A stretch of DNA of 64,000 nucleotides. Origin: an uncultured archaeon. GTDB lineage: Archaea > Asgardarchaeota > Thorarchaeia > Thorarchaeales > Thorarchaeaceae. The notes beneath the pieces are model-generated. The model saw only the letters and a program-made list of their open reading frames with translations, was not told the origin of the DNA and made no database searches. Made by a program: the position numbers and the translations under genes. The stretch is from positions 128,001-192,000 of the forward strand of contig CAZLEV010000005.1 in NCBI GenBank assembly GCA_964558645.1, in the 5' to 3' direction. Below are positions 9,259-19,772 of the stretch, one piece after another; positions within the stretch are counted from its first letter, which is position 1; every line of letters starts with the position of its first letter.

Positions 9259-9495
9259 GTGAAGATCGAGATTCTGAGCAGAGGTTGCGCGAAATGCGAG
9301 ACCCTCGAGTTGATTGTCAGAGAGATTGTTGCCGAGCACGGGCTTCCAGCAGAGATCAGCAAAGTAACAGATGTCAACAAGATGATCGATTATGGTGTTA
9401 TGCTGACGCCGGGTCTCGTTATCGACGGAAAGGTGAAAGTTACTGGACGCCTTCCCTCAAGGGACGAAATCGAAGAGATACTGACAACAATCTGA
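9259..9495 (+). CDS. Small redox-active disulfide protein (MTH895/thioredoxin_3 family)
   Basis: From GTG 9259: KIEIL..GCAKC...YGVMLTPGLVIDGKV; GGAG upstream. Confidence 0.85.
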   Translation: MKIEILSRGCAKCETLELIVREIVAEHGLPAEISKVTDVNKMIDYGVMLTPGLVIDGKVKVTGRLPSRDEIEEILTTI

Positions 9496-9585
9496 GTCCT
9501 TTCACCGTTATACGTGGTCCAGCCCCAAGCTCTCGCGTCCCACGACAGACGCTCAATTCCGACACTTCTTGTCCATCACCCAATG

Positions 9586-10275
9586 CTAACCGAAGGGAAA
9601 TATCCCGAACAGCGGTAGCACCAGGAGTATACCAATTGCCACCAGGAACACGCCAACCAGTATCTGCACCTTTCGTGCGGACTCGGCCAGTGAGGTCGTC
9701 ATCCGATTCCGGATCTCTTCAGAGAGCAGAGCGATGGCCAGGTAAGGTATCGATATGCCCAGTGTCAGGGCGATGAATGTCAATACCAGTACAAGCACTT
9801 CTGTCTGCGTGCTGATATAGAGCATGAACCCGACGACCGCTGAGCCAGAACACGGCGCGGCAAGCAGGGAGTACGACAGCCCGATGATATAGACACCAAA
9901 GAGGCCTCCAGGGGCCTCGGGTTGTGATTTGAGGTTCAAGGAGGTGAGCCTGAGGTGTCGCTGCAGGGTCTCAGACATTGTGACTACGCCGAAGAATATG
10001 ATTACTCCACCCAGAATCGCCTGAATCGTTATCTGGTTCTGAAGCAGAAACAGCCCGATGAAGACCGAGATCAGCGTATAGACCAGCAGCGACGAGAGGA
10101 TGCCTAGGATAAGCGTTCCCGTCACCATGATGCTCTTCCTCTTGCTCTCTGCTGACTGGAGTGAGCGGATGAGAAACATTGGAAGGAGCGGGAACAGGCA
10201 GGGAGATATCGCAGCGTAGAATCCCAGAGAGAACCCCAGCCCGATATTCAGGAGAGTCTGGATGAGCGCCTGCAC
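9586..10275 (-). CDS. ccdA: Cytochrome c biogenesis/DsbD transmembrane protein (CcdA)
   Basis: SPCLFPLLP and APCSG motifs, ~6 TM helices. Confidence 0.85.
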   Translation of the reverse strand: MQALIQTLLNIGLGFSLGFYAAISPCLFPLLPMFLIRSLQSAESKRKSIMVTGTLILGILSSLLVYTLISVFIGLFLLQNQITIQAILGGVIIFFGVVTMSETLQRHLRLTSLNLKSQPEAPGGLFGVYIIGLSYSLLAAPCSGSAVVGFMLYISTQTEVLVLVLTFIALTLGISIPYLAIALLSEEIRNRMTTSLAESARKVQILVGVFLVAIGILLVLPLFGIFPFG

Positions 10276-10290
10276 GATGACCCATCTCCA

Positions 10291-10869
10291 TTATCTATCC
10301 AGTTGCGAGAGGGTCGCCGAGATCTCGCTCTCAGCCCAGACGCCGACATGAACCCAACGGAAGTACCCCTCATCGTCGATGATGATCAGGGTTGGCACAG
10401 ACTGGGCATTGAAATATGAGCCGAACACTCCATTGGTATCGAGACCCACATACCAATCGATATCATTGGTTGATTTGTAGTTAGCCAGTCGCTGTACCGT
10501 ATCGCTCAACACCAGGCTCAATGAGAGGACCTCGATACGTCCTTCATAACTCTCATAGAGGCTCTTCAGATGGTCCGTCTGGATCTCGCATGGAATGCAT
10601 TCACCTGTCTGCATGAGGTCCACTACAACAAACTTGCCGCGCAATGAGTGGAGTTCGAGAAGTTCACCGTCAGACATGATCAGGTTCCAGTTCGGCGCTT
10701 CCAGATTACGACTCTCGAGATCCGTGTCAGTGGGAATATCTGACGTTGGATTGTCTGTACCGCCACCTGATGGCGGGGGCGCCGACATGAGGACCACAGC
10801 AGCAATCCCTATGCCAACAACAACCAGGACACAGACAACTCCAGCTACCAGCATCTGCCATGATTCCAT
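10291..10869 (-). CDS. Membrane-anchored TlpA/ResA-like thiol-disulfide oxidoreductase
   Basis: N-terminal TM, RGKFVVVD, CIPC, VPTLIIID.EG; co-oriented with ccdA. Confidence 0.85.
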   Translation of the reverse strand: MESWQMLVAGVVCVLVVVGIGIAAVVLMSAPPPSGGGTDNPTSDIPTDTDLESRNLEAPNWNLIMSDGELLELHSLRGKFVVVDLMQTGECIPCEIQTDHLKSLYESYEGRIEVLSLSLVLSDTVQRLANYKSTNDIDWYVGLDTNGVFGSYFNAQSVPTLIIIDDEGYFRWVHVGVWAESEISATLSQLDR

Positions 10870-11242
10870 GAAATAACCTCATTCTGAGCCTTTTGACTCA
10901 CGGTAGAGTTCCCGTTGTTGTATTTTGTTACTTAAGTATACGCATCGCTCAAGGATGTGATTACTGCAGGATTGACAACCACCTGACACCTTGGCGAGCC
11001 AGCAGGCTCAGCAGGTAACTTTGAATCCGAAAGGTGCACGACTGGAGCCCCAGAATCTATAGGGGCTTTCTAGAGCATACAGACTGGCTGCACAATACCA
11101 CCTCGGATTTCACAGAGGCTTCTATCAATGTCTTATAGAATAGGCGGTGGTTTGTTCCCCCTATACGCGACAGGATATAGGTTCGCCTACCACAAGAGAT
11201 GAGGAGAGACGATCAGTCTCCACCTCATCCTGACCTCTCATA

Positions 11243-14083
11243 TCAGGCCCGCCGTCTGCGCAGAAGCTCAAACACAAGGACCAGAATCACTACGCCGGCC
11301 ATAATCATGACGAAGACCAGTATCGGGTCTACTGGAGGAACCGTTGTTGTCGTGGTCGTCGTGGTCGTGGTGGTGGTTGTCGTGGTCGTCGTGGTTGTCG
11401 TGGTTGTTGTGGTCGTCGTCGCAGCTGTCACGGTCAGAAACACAGTTGACGTCGAAAGATGACCTGATGTGTCATTGACCGCCAGAGTTGCGTTATAGAC
11501 TCCAGCGAAGAGTCCACCAGCATCCACTGAGATTTCGGAACCGTCCCAGTCGCCGCTGTCGTACAGTGTTCCGTTGACGTAGAACGCATAACTATCCGGA
11601 TACAGCTCGGTGAACGACCAGTTCAAGAGGTGCGTCGATACACCCTCCTCGTACTGAAGATTGTCGGGGCCCTCGGCAAAGGCAGGATACATCGTGTCTT
11701 CGACTGTGATGGTTGCCGAGTCACTGGCACTCTCACCGGCAGTATCGAATACAGTGACCTCTATCTCATAGACACCCAAGTCCACCCCACCTCTAGAGTA
11801 GATGATTGAGCCTCCGAACCAATCATCATCCAAGACGACATCACCATCCTCTCTGATTTCATACCTATAGGGCCTATCACTCTCTGGTGTCCAGGTCAAC
11901 GACACCTCTGGACTTCCACCCTCTACAACGACATCCGTGGGCGAGTCGATAGTGGGACGCAGCAGGTACGCAATCTGATTCATCCAGATCTCCAACGCAT
12001 CGGAATACGTGGAGTCATCCGTGTCATTGACATAGAGGGTGGTCAGCATACCGTTGACAATAGCCCGCCCGTCAACGCTGCTCACGATAGACACATTTGT
12101 ATCCCCAGGATCTGGGTCGAGCCCTGCCAGAGCAGTGGCATTATCATAGATTGTGAGATTGTTTAGATCCCAGATGAAGTAGTTGACGGCGTTGCTGAGA
12201 TTAGCGGCGGAATAGTCATTGGGGACCTCAAATGTCGGATGTGATTCATCCCAGATGTATATCGGACTCAGATCCATGAACGCGCCCTCTGAGTGTACGC
12301 CGAGATAGTCCCAGAGTGCAGCACTGTCCTGATCAAAGTACTCCCACGTGCTGATAACCAGCCGGCCTCCTCCATCCAGATACTCGATTATCTCCCCAGC
12401 ATAGGCCTCAATTCCATACCAGGGAAGATCCATGACCAGAAGGTCCCAAGACCCATCGTTCAGACTCAGGTTGAAGTACTCAGGATCTGAGGACAGCTTG
12501 AATTGGACTCCCAATTCGTTCAGCGCCTCGGCTACAGCACCGCGATATGCGTTGTCGTAATTCGGATTGCCTGAGCCGTTGCCCGTGTCGACAAACGCCA
12601 GGACACTTCCTGCGGTCAACCAGTCTATCATATTCATGGTGGACCGCTTGTTGTCTAGCGCCGTGAGTCGGCCATCTCGCACAATCGCTTCATCGGCAAG
12701 AACAACAATACGGCCTTCATTCACGACTTCGGCCGCAATGACCACATCGCCGTCTTCGTCCTCCCAGAGGGGGAATGCGGGCGCCGATAGGTTCACAGAT
12801 CCTGGTGCCAGGCAGCCCATGGAAGTACAGTTCTCGTGGACATCGCGTAGACCTGATCGGACCAATGCGTTCGTCGCAGCAGTGGTGTTCAGCCTGAGAT
12901 TCGAGGCGGAGAGCAGCTGGTTGAGGTTGGCATTTGGCGTCACTGAATGATCACCGACAAGGAACAGAGCACCTCCAGCAGACACCCACTCCGTAACGTT
13001 CGAAATCTCGTTTGCAGTGAAGCTGTAATCTGGGCTGTTTATGATGAGGAGATCGTAAGAATTCAGGACATCTAGCCTAAGGGTGTCAGTACCTGACGGG
13101 TAGAGCTTGTCGAACACGTACTCGCTTGCCACGAGGGCGTTTCTCAGATCTGCGTGTCCGGTTGTGCTATCTGCATACTGAATATCCCAAGGGTCAACTC
13201 CATACTGGACCTCGTGGGAGAGGTCAAACAGGATGCGAGCCTTTGGGGTGGGGGTGAGCCACTCCACTGCATCACGTATGATGGGTGAGAGGTCTGCAGC
13301 GATAGACGTCGTATTCATGCACACGGCAACAACTCGACCACCATTGATTTTGTTGTCGAGAGACAGAATCGATGACACTTGAAGACCGTCTGTCTGGTTG
13401 GCCAGAATCGAGAGATAGGGCCCGACCATCGAGTTCTCCTTGATGAACCTCCCGTTCAGAAGCTCCTTCTTCTCTTGGGAGGGCTCAACCAGAATATCAC
13501 CAACTTGATACTCCTGAGTGACTGGATGACGTCTCATCACTCGGTGTGAAGACCATGTCTCCTCATCCCAGAGGAACCCATATTGATCATCTCCCGCAGC
13601 TTCGGGCATGATGATGCCCTCATAGCACAGATAGCCGAATGCTGCGTTGATGCTCAGTATGCCACCGCCGCCTAGCCAAAACTCCTTCACGAGTTTGGTG
13701 ATGTTCTCTCGGGGGTAATTATCCACCATCACAAAAACATCATAGTCTGCTGTGAGTAGCTCGTGGTCCAAGACATCTTGGAACGTCAGGGTGGTCACAT
13801 CGAAGCCTTGGAGGAGCAGCTCTCCTGCCAAGTCAGCAAGCTCATTACTGAAGGTCATCCCCAGACCTGTTGCATAGTCAGGCAGCGTTGTATTGGGCTC
13901 GTCATAGATTGCTATGCGCACATTCCTGTCAAGCGGCAGGAAGGACGATAAGAAGTCGTTCGTAGGCACGTGTTCTAGTACTGCTTCCTCTGGCGCATCT
14001 GTGGTCGTCGATGATACCACAGGTGAATATACCATTGTCGAAAGAAACAGCACTACCAGGATGAATGGTAGGCTCTTCTGCAT
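11243..14083 (-). CDS. Large secreted/membrane-anchored surface protein (GATase-like/DUF4350-like and Ig-like domains, poly-Thr linker, C-terminal TM)
   Basis: Signal peptide after MQKSLPF (ATG 14083); repeated alpha/beta units (GGGILS, GGALFLVGD, GGRLVIS); Thr tract; TM + RRRR. Confidence 0.8.
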   Translation of the reverse strand: MQKSLPFILVVLFLSTMVYSPVVSSTTTDAPEEAVLEHVPTNDFLSSFLPLDRNVRIAIYDEPNTTLPDYATGLGMTFSNELADLAGELLLQGFDVTTLTFQDVLDHELLTADYDVFVMVDNYPRENITKLVKEFWLGGGGILSINAAFGYLCYEGIIMPEAAGDDQYGFLWDEETWSSHRVMRRHPVTQEYQVGDILVEPSQEKKELLNGRFIKENSMVGPYLSILANQTDGLQVSSILSLDNKINGGRVVAVCMNTTSIAADLSPIIRDAVEWLTPTPKARILFDLSHEVQYGVDPWDIQYADSTTGHADLRNALVASEYVFDKLYPSGTDTLRLDVLNSYDLLIINSPDYSFTANEISNVTEWVSAGGALFLVGDHSVTPNANLNQLLSASNLRLNTTAATNALVRSGLRDVHENCTSMGCLAPGSVNLSAPAFPLWEDEDGDVVIAAEVVNEGRIVVLADEAIVRDGRLTALDNKRSTMNMIDWLTAGSVLAFVDTGNGSGNPNYDNAYRGAVAEALNELGVQFKLSSDPEYFNLSLNDGSWDLLVMDLPWYGIEAYAGEIIEYLDGGGRLVISTWEYFDQDSAALWDYLGVHSEGAFMDLSPIYIWDESHPTFEVPNDYSAANLSNAVNYFIWDLNNLTIYDNATALAGLDPDPGDTNVSIVSSVDGRAIVNGMLTTLYVNDTDDSTYSDALEIWMNQIAYLLRPTIDSPTDVVVEGGSPEVSLTWTPESDRPYRYEIREDGDVVLDDDWFGGSIIYSRGGVDLGVYEIEVTVFDTAGESASDSATITVEDTMYPAFAEGPDNLQYEEGVSTHLLNWSFTELYPDSYAFYVNGTLYDSGDWDGSEISVDAGGLFAGVYNATLAVNDTSGHLSTSTVFLTVTAATTTTTTTTTTTTTTTTTTTTTTTTTTVPPVDPILVFVMIMAGVVILVLVFELLRRRRA
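11342..11420 (-). repeat. Poly-threonine codon tract (ACN repeats)
   Basis: Run of gtc/gtt/gtg trinucleotides on + strand encoding the Thr linker. Confidence 0.9.
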
Positions 14084-14224
14084 AATCTCCACTCGGCCTA
14101 GAGTAGAACCATCCTCATATAAATGGTTCATCACATTTCGAGAGATGAACTCAATATCAAAACAGTGATAATCGCGCTTCAAGAAGATGTCCTGTATTGA
14201 TTGCTGAGGAGCTGAAGAAGCAGA

Positions 14225-15550
14225 TTGAGGTCTGAGCTCTCAACGTACTATGAGCGGCTGCGAGCCAGTTACTGGTTCATACCGGGAGTCATGATCACAG
14301 CTGCAATTCTACTCTCATTCATCACGGTGGCTATCGATGAGGCATATCCCGGCAGGTTACAGGACATCCTGGGTTGGATTGACATTGCTGACCCAGATGG
14401 CGCGCACGCATTTCTCTCGGTTGTGTCTGGCTCTATGATTGGTGTGACAGGGGTGACATTTTCTATCACCATCGTTGCGCTGGTTCAGGCGTCTAGCCAG
14501 TTCGGTCCTCGGATTCTCAATACCTTCCTCCGCGACAGAGGAAACCAGTTTGTCCTTGGCACATTTGTGGCGACCTACACCTACTGTCTGTTAATCATCC
14601 GCAGTGTTACCAACACTCCGGAGCGCGTCTTTGTGCCGAACTTCTCCCTCTTCGTAGCGATACTCTTTGCAGTGTTCAGTGTGGCGGTCCTAGTCTACTT
14701 CTTCCATCATGTCACTGTCATTCTTCAAGCAGACCATGTCATCGCCTCACTTGGACGGGATCTCGACAAATCAATCGCACGGATATTCCCTGAAACCCTT
14801 GACTATTCGGGATACGGGCAGGCGCTGAAGAGCGAGGAGGATTTGCCGTCCTACATTGATGAAGAGGCGGCCACCATCGTCGAGTCTGAAACAGCAGGCT
14901 ACATGCAGGCGATTGGCATTGAGGCTTTGGTGAACCTGGCCGAGGAACACGAAATATTCCTACGGGTGCCTCATCGACCGGGCGACTTCATCCAGAAGGA
15001 GGGACGGCTCATAGACGTATGGCCAGATCGATTTGATAGGGAGAACATAGAAGAGAAACTACAGAATACCTTCATCATCGGAGACCAGCGTCTCAGAATC
15101 AACGACATCGAGTTCATGGTCAACCAGCTGGTCGAGATTGCGGTGCGTGCCCTCTCTCCAGGGATTAACGATCCATTCACAGCTATGTCGTGTATAGACC
15201 AGCTTGGCTCAGGGCTGTCCGGGCTCATGGCTCGAAGCATTCCTCACGGATATCACTATGACAGCAAAGGGCAATTGCGACTCATGACCGACTCATTGAC
15301 CTTCTCAGGAATCATAGAGGCCGCCTTCAACCAGATTCGGCAGAATGCATCCTCGGATGTTGCGGTGACCATTCGGCTTCTCGACGCGCTCAAGGCCATG
15401 GCACCCCAGGTTCAGACGAGAGAACAACGGGATATTCTCTCCAAACAGGCCGAGATGTTGAACAGATCGCGGGAACAGGTGCCAGAGAAGTGGGATCGTG
15501 AGGATATAGAGGAACGATTCGAATCCGTAATGAAGGAGCTCAGACCCTGA
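14225..15550 (+). CDS. DUF2254-family membrane protein
   Basis: SYWFIP, FSITIVAL..ASSQFGPR, EIAVRALSPGINDPFTA. Confidence 0.85.
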   Translation: MRSELSTYYERLRASYWFIPGVMITAAILLSFITVAIDEAYPGRLQDILGWIDIADPDGAHAFLSVVSGSMIGVTGVTFSITIVALVQASSQFGPRILNTFLRDRGNQFVLGTFVATYTYCLLIIRSVTNTPERVFVPNFSLFVAILFAVFSVAVLVYFFHHVTVILQADHVIASLGRDLDKSIARIFPETLDYSGYGQALKSEEDLPSYIDEEAATIVESETAGYMQAIGIEALVNLAEEHEIFLRVPHRPGDFIQKEGRLIDVWPDRFDRENIEEKLQNTFIIGDQRLRINDIEFMVNQLVEIAVRALSPGINDPFTAMSCIDQLGSGLSGLMARSIPHGYHYDSKGQLRLMTDSLTFSGIIEAAFNQIRQNASSDVAVTIRLLDALKAMAPQVQTREQRDILSKQAEMLNRSREQVPEKWDREDIEERFESVMKELRP

Positions 15551-15592
15551 TCTGCAGTATCAGTCTAGATGGTGTGGCTGCAGACAAACCCC

Positions 15593-15988
15593 CTATACGC
15601 CACAGCTGTAGCACTCTCCGTTGTGCACACAGATGATGCCCCCACACGCTGGACACCTGTACTGTTCTTCTTGCTGACTGAGAAACGCATCCATCCCCTC
15701 ATTCTTGAGGAACCTCAGATTCTCAATCATACTCATATTGAACCGTTTTCTGTAGCCCTCGTCAAGCTTCCTCAGGTTCTCGCAGGGGAACTCATCACAC
15801 TCAAAGCAGAACTCAATCTCCCCCTTTCGGAGGCGTGCGCAGTCTCTCATTATGAAGGCGCAGTTCTTTCTGGCTGGCCTACACCCACTGCATGGCTGGC
15901 CTCTCTTCTTGCCGTCCATCCTGTATCCGAAATAGGATATGCAGATGGCGCAGTTCGCACCACAGCGAGCTACAAGTTCTGAGTGCAT
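15593..15988 (-). CDS. DUF3795-like Cys-rich protein
   Basis: CGANCAIC, CSGC, FCFECDEFPC, CPACG. Confidence 0.8.
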   Translation of the reverse strand: MHSELVARCGANCAICISYFGYRMDGKKRGQPCSGCRPARKNCAFIMRDCARLRKGEIEFCFECDEFPCENLRKLDEGYRKRFNMSMIENLRFLKNEGMDAFLSQQEEQYRCPACGGIICVHNGECYSCGV

Positions 15989-16050
15989 AGGTATCCTTAC
16001 TCCCGTTTCCTCTTAAGCTCATCAGTGAGGTGACCGAGTCGGCTCGAGCT

Positions 16051-16878
16051 TCAGATTGGCTGACATCGGGGACAGAGATACACGTGACCGCCGCCGTGAG
16101 CCAACCGTTCAATCGGTGTCCCGCAGGTCTCACATGTGCTGTCCCGCATATTCGAGCCCATCCTAGGAACGTAGCGACCCTGTACTCCGTAGAAGTCAAC
16201 GAAGTCCTCCTTTCCGCCATGCTCCAGTCTTTCCCGAACAAGGGCATTCAGGGCATCGAAGAGCGAGTGTCGCTCACTGGCATCCAGATCTGAGGCCTTC
16301 CTCTTGGGTTGGACTCCCGCACGGTAGATGATATCCTGAAAGGCGCTGTTCTGTATCCCAACAATCACCGCATCCTTGCCCACAAATGCTGTCTTGATGT
16401 TCACGGTCAACCCCTCTAGCGCTCGATTGAATGCCTCAAAGGTGAATCCCTCATCGAAAGGAGAGGGTACCTCCGAGAAGTCCCTTGCATAGACATACAC
16501 ATCCTTAAGCTCGGAGTCCTTGATGGAGGAGATCTGGCCCCAACCCTTCAGACGAACCGTGAAGAAGGTACCATCGGTGAAGCGCAACATGAACTGTGTA
16601 TCCTTTGGAACAGATGACTCCTCCTCATGGTACAAGATCCTCCCGCCGTACTCTGGCGCAAGAAAGAGGTTCATCCCATCGTCGAGCCGGACGCGTATGC
16701 CATTTCCTCGGGATACGACAGCCTGGATTGTGCGTCCCTCCAACCTCTTGAAGTCCTCAGCAGGCTGTGTGATCATCTTCTCCAGGCCCTCTAGCTTCCA
16801 CGATACAATCTGTTTTCCAACAAGCTCCTCTTGGATCTGACGGCCCAGAATGAACGCCTCAGGCGACTCGATACTCAT
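16051..16878 (-). CDS. Fpg/Nei-family DNA glycosylase-like protein (H2TH + zinc finger)
   Basis: MSIESPEA start, VGIQN..QDI..RAGVQPKR, C-terminal CETC...CPRCQ. Confidence 0.85.
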   Translation of the reverse strand: MSIESPEAFILGRQIQEELVGKQIVSWKLEGLEKMITQPAEDFKRLEGRTIQAVVSRGNGIRVRLDDGMNLFLAPEYGGRILYHEEESSVPKDTQFMLRFTDGTFFTVRLKGWGQISSIKDSELKDVYVYARDFSEVPSPFDEGFTFEAFNRALEGLTVNIKTAFVGKDAVIVGIQNSAFQDIIYRAGVQPKRKASDLDASERHSLFDALNALVRERLEHGGKEDFVDFYGVQGRYVPRMGSNMRDSTCETCGTPIERLAHGGGHVYLCPRCQPI

Positions 16879-16917
16879 GGCTACCATCCTCAACTTGGAT
16901 ACTGTAACCACGTTTCG

Positions 16918-17394
16918 TCAGGCTTTCTGTGTTTCTCTGGAATTGAAGTGTCGCTTCGCAATCCGCGTACAGCAGCCTTTCAAGAACCGAAACACCTCTG
17001 CATCCATGGGATGATCGTTCGTCAGGGTGGTGAAAGGTAAGAATCATGAGACCACCCCGAGCTCCTTCAGGTAAACGAACCAGCCTGTGATTCCATGCTG
17101 CAGCGGGGCGGTCGCGGTGAACAGAGAGGTGATAGCTGAACCAGTGCTTGCGGGAAAGACGCTAGTCAGGCGGTCCGAGAGATGTTCTGCAAGGGTGCTG
17201 GTCTTTACATGACGTTGAAGATGGTGGTAACCGAGCCCATCGACAACCGGAAGCAAGACGGACTTTCCGTAGTCCGTGAGTAATCGCCCATCAATCGCAA
17301 GGGGAGCGTAGACGGGACTGTGACCCAGATGCTCAGAAACGGCACTGCTAAGGTTCACAATGGACCTATCGGCATAGCCTGGCTTCGTTGACAT
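16918..17394 (-). pseudogene. Truncated alkaline phosphatase/nucleotide pyrophosphatase superfamily gene
   Basis: SIVNL, VVDGLG, LTSVFPAST..AITS..T...P.QHGITGW; stop at 17044 followed by in-frame FLPF, ends after about a third of the usual length. Confidence 0.75.
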
Positions 17395-17472
17395 CACGAA
17401 CAGAGATGAGTCCAGTTTTGTCAGTCTAGTGGAGTCTGACGGTTGACTGCTCAAAAGTGTCGGCTTTGGTTT

Positions 17473-17820
17473 CTAGCCCTCTGAGGTGGGACTCTCTCTG
17501 TTCACAACTGCTGAAACCAGTTCATTCATTCTCTGGTACTGCGAACGAATTTTCTCCACACCAGCGGGAGTAATCTCAACGAGGGTGGTAGGGCGCAAGT
17601 CTACAAAATGCTTGAAAATCTTGACGAGCCCCATCTCCTCCAGCTTCCTGAGATGACTTGAGAGGTTACCTGAGGTCAGATTCAGCTTCTTCTGCAGGTT
17701 CGTGTACTTGGCCCTCCGTGTGAAATAGAGGTAGGACAAGATGGAGAGTCTTGTGGGAACTAGAGCCTCCTCATCGATGAGGCTGACCAATGCCCGAAGG
17801 ATATCTCCATCCAGCGACAT
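17473..17820 (-). CDS. Winged-helix transcriptional regulator (HTH_34/ArsR-MarR-like)
   Basis: RLSILSYL, LTSGNLSSHLRKLEEMGLV, RPTT...ITPAG. Confidence 0.85.
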   Translation of the reverse strand: MSLDGDILRALVSLIDEEALVPTRLSILSYLYFTRRAKYTNLQKKLNLTSGNLSSHLRKLEEMGLVKIFKHFVDLRPTTLVEITPAGVEKIRSQYQRMNELVSAVVNRESPTSEG

Positions 17821-17825
17821 ATCTA

Positions 17826-18512
17826 CTACCTTCTAGTCTTCTCCAAGAGAAGTCTCTCAGCCGACAGAAGTGCATAGATACCTATGGCATACAGTCCTCC
17901 CAGGTTTATGACAATCAAAAACACAAAGGCCATGGGGGGAAACAGGAACATTGGAACCAGTCCTAAGGCAATGAGGAGGGAGTAGTAGAGGTGTACTCTT
18001 CTGAATGAGTCGCTCTCCGATCCACGAGTAGAGTCATAGTAGTTCACCGAGTTCCCGATGAAGAGGAGGAGCTGGAGAACCACTGCGAACACGAATACCT
18101 GCCCAATCGAGAACAGAACTACGGCAGAAACGACCATGGCAGTCGTGAGTATGCCCCAGACGACCTTGAGGAGGGTGCTCATCTCCTCCTGAATATCTAT
18201 TGGATACGACTCTGTCAGAGGACGAATCAATCTGAATGAGAGAAACCATGCGATGACAAGGCTTAGGATCACAAATGCGGTGATGATCAGGAGGTTCTGA
18301 CCAGGAAACTCAACAAAGAGCAGCAATGACATGAAGATCAGGGTCACAAAAGACATCCCGCCACCGATTATCAGATACAGAATCCCATTCACCCGCCTGG
18401 CAACAACGTCGGGATACGCCTCAACGAGGTCTGTGAGCACAAGTAGTTGTTGAGCCTTCTCCAGAAGCTCTGAGTCGGGAAACTCAGTCTCAGCAGGGCT
18501 CTTATCACTCAT
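17826..18512 (-). CDS. Multi-pass membrane protein
   Basis: ~6 hydrophobic helices; 5 nt from the regulator. Confidence 0.8.
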   Translation of the reverse strand: MSDKSPAETEFPDSELLEKAQQLLVLTDLVEAYPDVVARRVNGILYLIIGGGMSFVTLIFMSLLLFVEFPGQNLLIITAFVILSLVIAWFLSFRLIRPLTESYPIDIQEEMSTLLKVVWGILTTAMVVSAVVLFSIGQVFVFAVVLQLLLFIGNSVNYYDSTRGSESDSFRRVHLYYSLLIALGLVPMFLFPPMAFVFLIVINLGGLYAIGIYALLSAERLLLEKTRR

Positions 18513-18609
18513 CTATGATCTGCCTCCCTTGGATTACTCTCATGACTCATAATCTCCAATAAAACAGTATGCGGTCGCGTGCGTATGCTCATACACGCGA
18601 CCAATTCGT

Positions 18610-19770
18610 CTATCTCCTTCCCCTCCTAGCAAAGAGGAGTATCCCCACACCGAGTACAACGGCACTGACAATCACGACGACTAGGAGGTCAACCCATATC
18701 GTGATGGTTGTCAACGGCGCACCCCTCAGGAAGAGCGTTCTGAGAGCATCTGTCACATAGCTACTTGGCATGAATGTGCCAAGAATCTCGGTGACCCCGC
18801 CCAGGTCCATGAATGTTCCGAAGAACATCTGTGGCATGATGAATATGAAGGATACTCCCGTGGCGACATCAGCAGAGTTCGAGATCACAGCTGTGATGAG
18901 CCCAAAGCCCACGCAGGTCAACGAGAAGACTGCGACGATTAGGAAGGCGAATGCAAGTCCACCCGGCCCAGTTTCTGGGGAGTAACCAATCGCCAACGAA
19001 ACTGCGAATATGATTGCACTCTGGAGAAGGGCAATGAACATATTGGACACTGCCTTGCTGATGATGAACTCAGATGACTTCACGGGTGTAGTGGCCATCC
19101 TTCTAAGGAGTCCTTCGTCGCGTTCTGTGGTCATGGATTGCGAGACCGTCATGATCATGAAGATGGCTGAGAAGGCGAAGATTCCAGGGGCCATGAAGTC
19201 CCACATCGTCAGGTCGCTCACTATGACCATCGATGGTGAGCCAATCCTGACGGGTAGTTCCAGTGTTGTTGCCGACTCCCCGTAGATGGCACTCAGAAGC
19301 GACTGTTGAATCATCGGGGGTATTGCACTTGAGGCTATCATGGAACTGCTGTCAAGGTAGAGGCCCAGCGTCACGTTACTCCAGCCGGCCCCGTCTGCGG
19401 GTGAGCTCCAGTAGGAATCGATACTCGAACCGAACCCGTTCGGTATCAAGACAAGCGCATCCAGATTCCCCTGTAGGAGGTCGGTATGCGCCGTAACATT
19501 GTCCTGATAGTGAAACACGACCGTCCCGTTCATCGCCGTGAGATTTCCGAGGAAGTGTTCAGCCCAATCCGGGCTCTCATCCGAGTCGTCCATGTTGACA
19601 ACACCAATCTCGAAGTGTGTGCCCCCACCAGTACCGATGCCGCCGAAGGCAACGCCAAAGATAACTGTAACGAGCAGGGGGAACAGCAGAAGGAGAAACA
19701 AAAGGGCCGGCGCTCTCACAGTCTGTTTCATGTCCTTTCTGACCAGGACGGCTACACGTTTCAGGTTCAT
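18610..19770 (-). CDS. ABC-2 type transporter permease
   Basis: N-terminal TM, ERDEGLLRR..TTP, 5 C-terminal TM. Confidence 0.9.
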   Translation of the reverse strand: MNLKRVAVLVRKDMKQTVRAPALLFLLLLFPLLVTVIFGVAFGGIGTGGGTHFEIGVVNMDDSDESPDWAEHFLGNLTAMNGTVVFHYQDNVTAHTDLLQGNLDALVLIPNGFGSSIDSYWSSPADGAGWSNVTLGLYLDSSSMIASSAIPPMIQQSLLSAIYGESATTLELPVRIGSPSMVIVSDLTMWDFMAPGIFAFSAIFMIMTVSQSMTTERDEGLLRRMATTPVKSSEFIISKAVSNMFIALLQSAIIFAVSLAIGYSPETGPGGLAFAFLIVAVFSLTCVGFGLITAVISNSADVATGVSFIFIMPQMFFGTFMDLGGVTEILGTFMPSSYVTDALRTLFLRGAPLTTITIWVDLLVVVIVSAVVLGVGILLFARRGRR

Positions 19771-19772
19771 CT

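Noticed and set aside
11199-11462. Poly-Val ORFs (also 23973..24683)
   Set aside because: Antisense shadows of poly-Thr linkers in real surface-protein genes
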